From positions 32,001 to 96,000 of the forward strand of contig JBJMOW010000006.1 of the NCBI GenBank assembly GCA_045803545.1: 64,000 bases of DNA, given 5' to 3'. The DNA comes from Gemmatimonadaceae bacterium (GTDB lineage: Bacteria; Gemmatimonadota; Gemmatimonadetes; Gemmatimonadales; Gemmatimonadaceae). Below the pieces are notes generated by a model. The model ran no database searches. It was given only the letters and a program-made list of their open reading frames with translations, and had not been told where the DNA came from. A program made the position numbers and the translations under genes. Below, one piece after another: positions 31,135 to 40,047 of the stretch (positions are counted from its first letter, which is position 1; each line of letters begins with the position of its first letter).

Positions 31135-34100
31135 TGATACCGCGATTGGATATGCGGCGGCCTTTTCCCAGTCCCACGCAGGTTTTTCGCTCTTACCGGC
31201 CCAAGCAAAACTTTACAGCCATTTCACTCGGATTCGTGCTGGTCGACCTGGGCTAAGTTCGTGGACAACTGCGGACACAGAGCAGCGTTTGTCCGAAGCA
31301 CTGAGACTGCTGCAAGCCGCGCTCACGCAACGCGAATCGGATCATGGCAATTGGAAGCTCACTCTTAAGCGAGCTGCCGAGATTCTTGAGTGGCTCGCAC
31401 CGGCGATCGAAGGACACGAAATCCCTTCGGATATGTTGGCGGCGGCTGCTTACCAGCTGGCTGGCTACCCCGCAAGCGCCGCAGGACTACTTCGATATGC
31501 CCGGCCGAAACAGCTCTATTCGCGGCCGTTGTATAGTCTACTTAGCGCGGATTTTACCAGCGTCTTCTCTCGCTTAGCGGAAGCCTGGGCCGAATACCCC
31601 GATGCCTTGCACGCGGCCGATGAGCCAAGAAGCGAAACGGAGCTGCTAGACGAGGAGCTGCAAAGTGCGGTAGTTCGGGAAACACTGGGAACTCTTGGGA
31701 TCGTAGCAAGTTTCCTGCGCTGGGGCGACGCCGAAAGGCTTGAGATCGCTCAGACGCGATTGCGCACACTATCGAGTCTAATGTTGCGAAGCGCAGATGC
31801 ATACTCCTGGATGCTTGCAAAACTTGTGACTGAAGCTACGAGCGTTATCGTGAGATCCGCGCTGCGGCGATTTGTTTCGCCAATCGGCGCGACTTTGACG
31901 AAGGAGGGACGCCGTGCGATAGAGGCTTATCTCCGGCGGTCATTCGTATCCGGACGCACCCTCGCGTGGCCCTCGCAGATCCGAGGAATAGAAAGTCTAC
32001 TTGCGAATCGCTCCTTCGCCTTATGCACACCTACTGGATCCGGTAAGACCACGATCGCCGAACTCGCGATAATCCAAAGTCTGTTTGGCAATGCCGGACA
32101 CGAGTCTGAGCATGAGGAGCAAGCTCCCATTGCGATGTACATGACACCGAGCAGGTCGCTAGCAGCGGAAGTTGAGCGGAAGCTTGCACAGGTTTTACAC
32201 GGTGTTGCCGCTGAGTCAGTCGTCGTCACAGGCCTTTACGGCGGTATTGACTGGGGGCCAACAGATGCTTGGCTGACGGCGGATCGGCCGGTCGTTCTCA
32301 TATGCACCTACGAAAAGGCTGAGGCCCTACTGCGATTCATAGGTCCGCTCTTCGTCCAGCGTCTGAAACTCGTCGTCGTTGACGAAGCCCACACTGTTCA
32401 GTTTTCAGGACGGGACGTTGATATCGCGGAAGCGAGATCGCTCTCTCTAGAATCACTGCTGACGCGACTTCTTGCTTACAGCGACAATGCCATTCACCCG
32501 CGAAGGATGGTGGCTTTATCCGCGGTGGCTGGAGGCGTCGAGGACATATTGGCGAAATGGATTAGTGGAGACGAGACTGCGTCGGCAGTAACCGAGCCCT
32601 ACCGTAGTACGCGACAGCTGATCGGCCGTTTGGAGTTCAGTGGAAACCGAACGTTTGAAATACAATACGATCTCCTCGACCGGTCACGTCTAATCTTTCC
32701 TGGCGGAGCGGCGAATGATACACCGTGGATCCCTCGCCCAATTCCGTCGATGCCATTCGCCGGCAAGTGGGACAGTGCCGGGCCGGAGAAATCCATTCGA
32801 CCAGCGCTGCTTTGGGCAGCGTTGCACTTCGCTGCCCCCGATATATCTGGCAATCGACGGGCAGTGATGGTGTATCTCCCGCAACAACCGGAGTATGTGG
32901 CGAAGGATTTCTTGGAAATACTGACGCGTGAGTGGGCTACCGAGCGATTGCCTGCCGCCCACGTGTCGCCGCAAAAAGGGCCGGACCTCGCGCTTTGGAC
33001 GCAGTGCCTCGCATGCTGCGCGGACTACTTCGGTACATCATCTAATGAGTACGGGTTGTTAGAGCGCGGAATTGTCTTGCATCACGGCCGGATGCCAGGC
33101 CTCATGGCGCGCCTTCTAGTACAACTGATTGAGCGTCAGATTATTCATATCGTTGTTGCGACTTCGACTCTTGCTGAGGGAGTAAATCTTCCGTTTGAAA
33201 CTGTCTTGCTTGGTTCGCTCAGGCGCCGCGGGAAAGCAATAGCGCCAAGCGAACTAGCTAATGTCATAGGTCGCGCGGGCCGGCCGGGTTTTGGAACGGA
33301 AGGGCGCGCTTTAGTTGTTTTTGGGCAAGGAAACGAGTACGGACCCGACCGCGCGGTTTATCAAAATCTGCTGACTTCTTTGGCGAGGTCCGTAACAGTT
33401 TCTAGACCCGCGCGGAGCCCTTTGGCTGAGTTGATTAGGTCTATCCGTACCCGCTGGGAAGCCGCAACCGATGCTGATCCGAGTTTTTTTGAACAATGGC
33501 TCGAAGAGGTGACTGTCACAGAACCGACAGGCGTCCTCGCCTCAGAGCCTCAGCTACTCGCCGAAGTGGACGCGTTGGACAAAACGCTTTTGGCCGCGAT
33601 TACAGAACTGGAAGCAATCGACTCCGAACAAGTACAACGCGCTGACTTGGAAAGTCGATTAGCCGCTGTCTGGCAGCGCAGCTTCGCTTACTATGCGTCC
33701 GCAGAGGAGGAACGTTTAGGCAGCGCGTTTGTAACGCGAGGCGCGGCGCTGGAGCGGACGATTTACCCAGATGCGCATCGGCGTAGACGTCTCTATATGT
33801 CTAGTGTCGCACCAGGCGCAGCGGCTAGTCTTGTAAACTCCTTTGGAGATATCAAAGAGGCGCTGTCCGTTGGGCTCGAGTACGCGGAGATGTCTCCTGA
33901 AGAACAACTGGAATTTGTCCGTCTAGCAGTGGATCGGATTACTTCAGTGCCGACCTTCGGCCTCGGACGCCCGCCAGCGCGCACTACTTCTGACGACATT
34001 CTGGCGTGGTGGCTGCGCGCTCCGGGTTCGCGAGAGCCCAGTACAGCCATAGACGCCTCTAGATGGTACCAGTTTGTATCAACGAACTATTTGTGGAAGT

Positions 34101-34696
34101 TCGCGTGGGGACTTGGAAGCTTCATTGCGCTCGCTGTCAACGATTCTCATAATGGAGAATTACGCAAGACAGAAATGCAGGAATGGCCTGAGACCGGACT
34201 ACCATGGGTAGTATTCTGGCTCAAAGAGCTAGTTAACTGGGGGACTCTTGATCCCGTAGCCGCCTATTTACTGTCTCGCCAAGTGAGTGACACAAGACCT
34301 GAGGCGGAAGCGTTAGCGCAGTCTTACTACTTGCAATCAGATGTCAGCGTCCTCAGCGCCAACGAGCAGCTTGACGCAGGACGTGTCACGGCGTGGGCCG
34401 GAAGACTTGTGTCAGGTAAGACATCACAAGAAGTACGCCGCATACCTGATATACGGAGTCAACCACTTCGAGAATTTGGAGACACGCGCAAGCCTTTTCG
34501 CGTAATCCCGGTCGAACAACCACAAGGTTTATGTTGGTGCGATCCAGCTGGATTTCCGCTGGCCAGGTCGGAGCGGCCAACGGAGTGGAATTCTGCTATG
34601 ATCCAACAACTCGACTTCACACTCCATCCGGCGGACATGCGAATCGAGAGTTCCGTGTACCTCGCGCCGGATGAGACTCCAGCGGATCGGGCGTAA
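31121..34696 (+). CDS. Ski2-like DEAD/DEAH helicase, HamB-like
   Basis: TPTGSGKT, DEAH, LSAV, HHG, TSTLAEGVNLP, IGRAGRPG; long helical N-terminus; 1191 aa. Confidence 0.85.
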   Translation: MPGLDDTAIGYAAAFSQSHAGFSLLPAQAKLYSHFTRIRAGRPGLSSWTTADTEQRLSEALRLLQAALTQRESDHGNWKLTLKRAAEILEWLAPAIEGHEIPSDMLAAAAYQLAGYPASAAGLLRYARPKQLYSRPLYSLLSADFTSVFSRLAEAWAEYPDALHAADEPRSETELLDEELQSAVVRETLGTLGIVASFLRWGDAERLEIAQTRLRTLSSLMLRSADAYSWMLAKLVTEATSVIVRSALRRFVSPIGATLTKEGRRAIEAYLRRSFVSGRTLAWPSQIRGIESLLANRSFALCTPTGSGKTTIAELAIIQSLFGNAGHESEHEEQAPIAMYMTPSRSLAAEVERKLAQVLHGVAAESVVVTGLYGGIDWGPTDAWLTADRPVVLICTYEKAEALLRFIGPLFVQRLKLVVVDEAHTVQFSGRDVDIAEARSLSLESLLTRLLAYSDNAIHPRRMVALSAVAGGVEDILAKWISGDETASAVTEPYRSTRQLIGRLEFSGNRTFEIQYDLLDRSRLIFPGGAANDTPWIPRPIPSMPFAGKWDSAGPEKSIRPALLWAALHFAAPDISGNRRAVMVYLPQQPEYVAKDFLEILTREWATERLPAAHVSPQKGPDLALWTQCLACCADYFGTSSNEYGLLERGIVLHHGRMPGLMARLLVQLIERQIIHIVVATSTLAEGVNLPFETVLLGSLRRRGKAIAPSELANVIGRAGRPGFGTEGRALVVFGQGNEYGPDRAVYQNLLTSLARSVTVSRPARSPLAELIRSIRTRWEAATDADPSFFEQWLEEVTVTEPTGVLASEPQLLAEVDALDKTLLAAITELEAIDSEQVQRADLESRLAAVWQRSFAYYASAEEERLGSAFVTRGAALERTIYPDAHRRRRLYMSSVAPGAAASLVNSFGDIKEALSVGLEYAEMSPEEQLEFVRLAVDRITSVPTFGLGRPPARTTSDDILAWWLRAPGSREPSTAIDASRWYQFVSTNYLWKFAWGLGSFIALAVNDSHNGELRKTEMQEWPETGLPWVVFWLKELVNWGTLDPVAAYLLSRQVSDTRPEAEALAQSYYLQSDVSVLSANEQLDAGRVTAWAGRLVSGKTSQEVRRIPDIRSQPLREFGDTRKPFRVIPVEQPQGLCWCDPAGFPLARSERPTEWNSAMIQQLDFTLHPADMRIESSVYLAPDETPADRA

Positions 34697-34766
34697 TCGA
34701 TCGAACCCGGTAGCCGGAAGAAAAAGGGAGGTGCAGACTAAGCATAGGCCGCCTACCCTGGAACGC

Positions 34767-35804
34767 TTAAGGTCCCTTGGCCCCTCTCAGCTCGGCGACG
34801 AGGAAGTTGAGAGCCGCTACCAACAGGTTCGCCAATTCCTTTGTGGGCGCGCTTTCCCGCAAAGCGGCAACCGGATGAATGATATTGCGCCAACGCCGCA
34901 GAAGATCAGCGAGCGCGCCTTGGTTCTCTGTTAGGTACCCCGATCGAATAGCGATTTTTGCTAGGCGATCTGCTCGCGTGTTGGCGCGCCAGGATTCACC
35001 AAACTCGCGTTCGGCCTCCGCTGGCCTCATTTCCCAGACGTCTAGCAGCAAGCTTTCTAGACACGCACCAGCAAGTACAGCGGTCGCTTTCCAAGCCTCT
35101 ATTTCAACGGTCCGTGCAAGTTCTGCTCGGTCATACGAATACACGCCGTCCAGCAAGTCGTTATTAAGGTGGTAATCACTCGTCGGGACATCGGGAGTTT
35201 GTTCTTCCGGTTTTTCTGCGTTGTGACCGAGCGCTCGCGCAAGTCCTGAGTTGTCGAGCTGGCGTCCTTCAGCTTCCTCGTCGTCAATGGTCGCATGCAT
35301 CGCGAAGTAATCGTCGATCGATTTTATGTCTCTGAACCAGAGCATGCGATCAAGTGGCCGCAGGTAGAAATCCAGTGAACCGCGCGGTCCATACATGTCT
35401 GAGATCTGACCCGCGCTCCCAAGCATTTCTGATAGTTTCTTCGCTTCCAATTCAGAGAGTTGCAGCTGCGAGACTATCTCTTGCAGGGTGATATTTTGTC
35501 GACCTCGATCGATATACGCTGCCGCTATGATCCGAATCGCGTCGACGAAATGCTTTTGGTCGTCTTCGGAGTTCGCTCTGTTCGCGATCTCGCTGAGTTG
35601 AAGAATGCACCGCGTCTCATCGCCCTGCTCGTTGCAAACAATCCGGTCGGCACCGATCCGCTTCGCCAGCACTCGTAGATTCGTGTTGAAATGGCGCAAC
35701 TGGAGTGGCCTGAGGAGGGGCCATTCTCCGGAGGTCCTGAAGTGATCATATACTTCCTGCAGAAATTGCTCGGCAGGTAGTTCGCCCTCCGCGGAGCGCC
35801 TCAT
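34767..35804 (-). CDS. Hypothetical protein with C-terminal HEPN/DUF4145-like domain
   Basis: KATAVLAGACLESLL...LLRRWRNIIHP. Confidence 0.6.
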   Translation of the reverse strand: MRRSAEGELPAEQFLQEVYDHFRTSGEWPLLRPLQLRHFNTNLRVLAKRIGADRIVCNEQGDETRCILQLSEIANRANSEDDQKHFVDAIRIIAAAYIDRGRQNITLQEIVSQLQLSELEAKKLSEMLGSAGQISDMYGPRGSLDFYLRPLDRMLWFRDIKSIDDYFAMHATIDDEEAEGRQLDNSGLARALGHNAEKPEEQTPDVPTSDYHLNNDLLDGVYSYDRAELARTVEIEAWKATAVLAGACLESLLLDVWEMRPAEAEREFGESWRANTRADRLAKIAIRSGYLTENQGALADLLRRWRNIIHPVAALRESAPTKELANLLVAALNFLVAELRGAKGP

Positions 35805-35827
35805 CGCCACCAAGAGGCAAAGGACTC

Positions 35828-35971
35828 CAAGCGCGGCGTAATCGCCAGCGCATTCTCGTAGTACACCTTCTTCAACACTTCATCCGGCAACCGAATCCCG
35901 TACAGTTTCCAGAACGCGTGATACCGACGGTAGCGATTGGAGTAGTCGTCATTCGACTCGCAATACGCGCC
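35828..35971 (-). pseudogene. 3' remnant of the amidohydrolase gene (copy 3)
   Basis: Encodes ESNDDYSNRYRRYHAFWKLYGIRLPDEVLKKVYYENALAITPRL, matching the end of 50458-51660. Confidence 0.85.
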
Positions 35972-35973
35972 GA

Positions 35974-38277
35974 TCACGACTCGAACGCCTCCCACGCCCT
36001 GTGCACCCGCTGCATCAAACGCACAAAGCGCGGCTCACCACGGACATTCGCGAGGAACGGCTCGTGGACCGACAGGAACGGCCAGTTGATGTACCCGAAC
36101 TCCACAGCGCGCTCGAGGCAGTCCAGGGCCGCGTCGCGTTCGTCCACCAGCGCGAAACAGTCCGCGGCCCACCATGAGAAGATGTCGTCCCATCGAGCCG
36201 CGGCGCGAAGCTCGGGAGTGATGGTCCGTAGCACGCCCCCGCGATCACCGCGCAGCGCGCACGCCATCGCCGGCGCAAGCTGCGTCCAGGCCATCAACGG
36301 CGTCTCGCGCGCTACTGCGTCGAAAATGGTGATTGCTCCGTCGCGACGGCCGTTCGCTGCCAACATCAATGCGTGCAGCATCCGCTGTGTGGGGTTCGCG
36401 GGATCGATGTCCACGGCACGCTGCGTCCAGCGCAACGCCTCGTCGTAGCGACCGTCGTACATCTCGATCATGCCGTACATACCGAGATTCATCGATGTCA
36501 ACGGATCAACTTTCTGCAGACGCTCCATCAGCGCGCGCGCCAGAGAGACGCGACCCGCAACCGCGTAACCGTATCCGAGCCAGAGTAGCGCTTCGGGATC
36601 GTTTGGATCGAGCGCCAATGCCTTCCTGAAATCCTCCCTCGCGCCGGCCGGGTCTGCGCGGCTGTTGCGAGTCGCACCCCTGAGACCGTACCCCTTCGAC
36701 GACTCGGGATTGTGCGCGAACACTCTCGCGACGCACGCCTCGGCTTTCTCGAGATACTCTTCGTAATCCGTCACCGGCACGATGCCGACGTTGACGTGCT
36801 GCCAGTAGATCAGACCTTCGGCGGCGAGGAGCAGCTCGTTCTCGCCGACGATGTCCTTGGCCCGTTTCACCAGCTGCAGCGCACGCTCGAGCGACGGCGC
36901 GGTGAAGCTCCAGATCTGCTGCCGGGCGAGCAAGTACGACTCGTACGCGCGCGGGTCGGCGATGGGGCGCTCCGCCAGCCGCTTGTCCTCCGCTGGCGTA
37001 AGACGCAGACGCAGCGCATCTACGATCTGACGGGACAGTCGCTCCTGCATATCGAACACGTCGTCGAGGGTGCCGTTGTACTTGTCCGCCCAGAGCTGCA
37101 AGTCGACCCTGGCATCCACGAGCTGCGCGGTGAGACGGAGGTTCGAGCCGGACCGTCGCACGCTTCCGGTGAGCACGTAGCGGGCGCCAAGCTCGCGCGC
37201 GATCGTGCGAACGTCCTTGGTGGTTCCTTTCAGCAGCATCGCGGACTGCCGCGAGATCACGCGCAGCGTCCTGATCGCCGAGAGGTCGGTGATCAGCTCG
37301 TCGGTCAGCCCGTCTGCGAAATGCTCGTTGTCCGGCTCGGCGCTAACGCTCGCAAATGGCAGCACCGCAATCGTCGGGACCTCCGAGCGTCCGGGCAAAT
37401 CCCACGAACGAGTCTGCTTCGACGCGAAGCTATCGAGAACTGAGACAATTTCTCGAGCGTTCGCCGGACGGTCGTCCGGATTTTTCTCGAGACACTGCGC
37501 GACGAGATTGCACAGGGTCTCGGGAACGTCGGCCCGTCGCGACCGAATCGGCTCCGGCGTCTCGGTGAGCTGCGCGCGAAAGACCGAGGCAGGCCCGCGT
37601 CCGGCAAACGGAGACTCGCCCGTCAGCATCTCGTACGCGACGCAGCCGAAGGAATACAGATCCGCGCGCTGATCGAGATCCGGGTCGGCAGCGATCTGCT
37701 CGGGCGCCATGTAGAGCGGTGTCCCCAGCGTCATCCCGATTTCTGTCAACGCCTCGGCATCGGTATCGGACGAAACCCGCGATGCGAGCAGCGCCTTGCC
37801 GATCCCGAAATCCGAGACAGACGCCGTGTCGCCCGTGAGCAGGATATTGTCGGGCTTGATGTCGCGGTGGATGATTCCCTTCCCGTGCGCGAAATCGAGC
37901 GCGCGGGCCACGTCGCGCAGTACGCTTACCGCGACTGCGATCGGCATTGCCCCCACCCGCATCAGCCGGACGCGCAGCGACTCGCCCTCGACAAAGGGCA
38001 TAGTATAGTATGGGACTCCACCCGTCTGACCCGCGCTGAGGATCGGGACGATGTGTGGATGCTGGAGCTGCGCGGTGATCATGATCTCGCGCTTGAAGCG
38101 TTCGGCGCTCACTCCCGCGGCGAGATCGGGCGACAGGACTTTCACGACGACACGCCTGCCGAGCGCACGCTCCTCGGCGAGAAAGACGCGGCTCATCCCG
38201 CCGCCGCCGATCTCGCGATCCAGCGTGTACGCCTTTTTCAGCGTGGACTGCAGCTGATTCTGAAGGTCAGTATCCAC
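35974..38277 (-). CDS. Ser/Thr kinase with TolB-like/adenylate-cyclase-associated domain and TPR repeats
   Basis: GGGGMSRVF, HRDIKPDN, DFG; IAVLPF...FADGLTDELI..LS; TPR-like C-terminus. Confidence 0.92.
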   Translation of the reverse strand: MDTDLQNQLQSTLKKAYTLDREIGGGGMSRVFLAEERALGRRVVVKVLSPDLAAGVSAERFKREIMITAQLQHPHIVPILSAGQTGGVPYYTMPFVEGESLRVRLMRVGAMPIAVAVSVLRDVARALDFAHGKGIIHRDIKPDNILLTGDTASVSDFGIGKALLASRVSSDTDAEALTEIGMTLGTPLYMAPEQIAADPDLDQRADLYSFGCVAYEMLTGESPFAGRGPASVFRAQLTETPEPIRSRRADVPETLCNLVAQCLEKNPDDRPANAREIVSVLDSFASKQTRSWDLPGRSEVPTIAVLPFASVSAEPDNEHFADGLTDELITDLSAIRTLRVISRQSAMLLKGTTKDVRTIARELGARYVLTGSVRRSGSNLRLTAQLVDARVDLQLWADKYNGTLDDVFDMQERLSRQIVDALRLRLTPAEDKRLAERPIADPRAYESYLLARQQIWSFTAPSLERALQLVKRAKDIVGENELLLAAEGLIYWQHVNVGIVPVTDYEEYLEKAEACVARVFAHNPESSKGYGLRGATRNSRADPAGAREDFRKALALDPNDPEALLWLGYGYAVAGRVSLARALMERLQKVDPLTSMNLGMYGMIEMYDGRYDEALRWTQRAVDIDPANPTQRMLHALMLAANGRRDGAITIFDAVARETPLMAWTQLAPAMACALRGDRGGVLRTITPELRAAARWDDIFSWWAADCFALVDERDAALDCLERAVEFGYINWPFLSVHEPFLANVRGEPRFVRLMQRVHRAWEAFES

Positions 38278-38338
38278 GCGAACAATATGGCAATAAGGAG
38301 CGCGGGTGACCTGATAGCGCGGTGAAAGTCCTTAACGC

Positions 38339-38890
38339 GTGAGCTACTACGATATCCAGAGCGAACCTCCGACATCGCCGTCGACGCGCCCCGGTCGTCC
38401 AGGGGAAGTGAGCACGCGTGCCCCGATCATTCAGAATCTCACGCCGGCAGCGCTGGGAGTTTTACTCCTCGCGGTCTGCTCCGTTCTGTTTATCGTCGCG
38501 CAGTTGCCATCCGGTTACGGAGCCAGAGTAGGCCAATGGCAAATTGCTGTTCCACACCTCGCCGTTATTGCCTGCCTGGCATTCGGCAACCGACGGTCCG
38601 GCGACGCTCTGGCAATTCTTGTCGGCATTCCGTTTGGTGTGCTTGCATGGCTGGTTTACAGCCTGTCCGGACTCGGCGACAACCACAAGGACGGCCCAAT
38701 TGGGATGGCGTTCGCCCTGCTTCAGCTGTTGATGATTCTGTTCGCGGCCCACGATTCCAAACAGAACGCGACTGTCCACTCTAAGCCGATAAAACCCCGC
38801 CAGCGCCTGATCGGCCTCGCGCTGCCATTCGCGCTCCTTGTTCTCGCCTTCTCGGTAAATCAGCACTTCCTGAACAGTGCCAGGCGCTGA
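38339..38890 (+). CDS. Hypothetical membrane protein
   Basis: Several hydrophobic helices; fills the gap between genes. Confidence 0.55.
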   Translation: MSYYDIQSEPPTSPSTRPGRPGEVSTRAPIIQNLTPAALGVLLLAVCSVLFIVAQLPSGYGARVGQWQIAVPHLAVIACLAFGNRRSGDALAILVGIPFGVLAWLVYSLSGLGDNHKDGPIGMAFALLQLLMILFAAHDSKQNATVHSKPIKPRQRLIGLALPFALLVLAFSVNQHFLNSARR

Positions 38891-38891
38891 T

Positions 38892-39104
38892 TTACTGGCC
38901 CTCGTATTTGAAGGAAACCTTCAGCTTGGCGCGATAGCTCTCGACTTTCCCTTCCTTCAACACCATGTCGAGCTCCGAGACTTCCGCGACGCGCAGATCG
39001 CGTAGGGTCTTCGACGCCTTTTTCACAGCGGCTGACGCTGCCTTCTCCCACGATTCGCTGCTCGTGCCAACCAGCTCGATCACTTTGTAGACGCTCTCTG
39101 CCAT
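38892..39104 (-). CDS. Dodecin
   Basis: VYKVIELVGTSSESWEKA...YRAKLKVSFK; GAGGA RBS. Confidence 0.93.
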   Translation of the reverse strand: MAESVYKVIELVGTSSESWEKAASAAVKKASKTLRDLRVAEVSELDMVLKEGKVESYRAKLKVSFKYEGQ

Positions 39105-39179
39105 GTTGGTATCCTCGCATGGATTGCTGGGCTAAAACTCGTTACGCGAGTCAGGATGGACAAGGTTGCCGCATCCGAG

Positions 39180-39627
39180 TTATCGCGCCCAGCCGGTTTG
39201 TGGCAATCGCGGCGTAATCTTCAGCGTGTTCTGGTAGTAAACCTTCCTTAGCACTTCATCCGGCAACCCGATCCCGTACAGCTTCCAGAACGCGTGATAC
39301 GGACGGTAGTAATCGAAGTAGTCGTCGTTCGTCTCGAACACGCGCCAGTAGTACGGGTATTCCTCCGGCTGATACGAGTCCTTGCCGAACAGAATTCGGT
39401 CCTGATACTTGATGAAGAAGTCGTGCGCCGCGCGCGGCTCGCGACCGATGTCGTAGAGCACCGCCCCGACGTCGACGTACACGTTGGGCATCTCCGTCAG
39501 CATTTTGCCAAGACGCGAGAGATCGTTGGCGTGCCATCCCATGTGCGCCGCAACGAAGGTCGTCTTCGGATTGCGACGGAATAGATTGTCCCGTTCCTTC
39601 ATCAGCTCCACGAAGTTGGGACGCTGC
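39180..39627 (-). pseudogene. 3' third of the amidohydrolase gene (copy 2, 5'-truncated)
   Basis: PNF.ELMKERDNLFRRNPKTTFVAAHMGW...LPQTGWAR is nearly identical in protein to the C-terminus of 50458-51660; similarity stops near 39627. Confidence 0.9.
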
Positions 39628-40047
39628 CTGCCGACACCCCACGATTCGGAAAGAAGCCCACTCGCGGCGATGCAATGATAGAAAACTGCAGGCATCTGCT
39701 AAGGAAACATCACCTTCGCAACGCCTCGGTTCGATGCGAAACGCACGCGCGACAAGACTATTGCCGTTTTCCTGAAAACTCCTATCGTCGATCAACCTTT
39801 TGGCGAGGCCCCCATGGAAAAGTTTTGCCATTGGTGCACGTGCTTTCAGGGGCTTCCTCAAGCGGTGTTGAACGTTTGTTCCAATGGTTTCAGTTGCATG
39901 GACCGCGTAGGGCACCGCTGGGTAGCCGCAGGCTAGTATCTCTGCCACCAACTTTTCTCACAACAGGTTCAAACGATGCGGGGGAATTAGCCGCCCACAG
40001 CGACCTGGTGTGGGGATTTTCAAAGCGTCGAACAACTCGGAGGTGAC

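Noticed and set aside
39180..39695. 171 aa ORF as an intact amidohydrolase
   Set aside because: Lacks the N-terminal HxH metal ligands; the first ~22 codons are unrelated sequence, so it was called a remnant.
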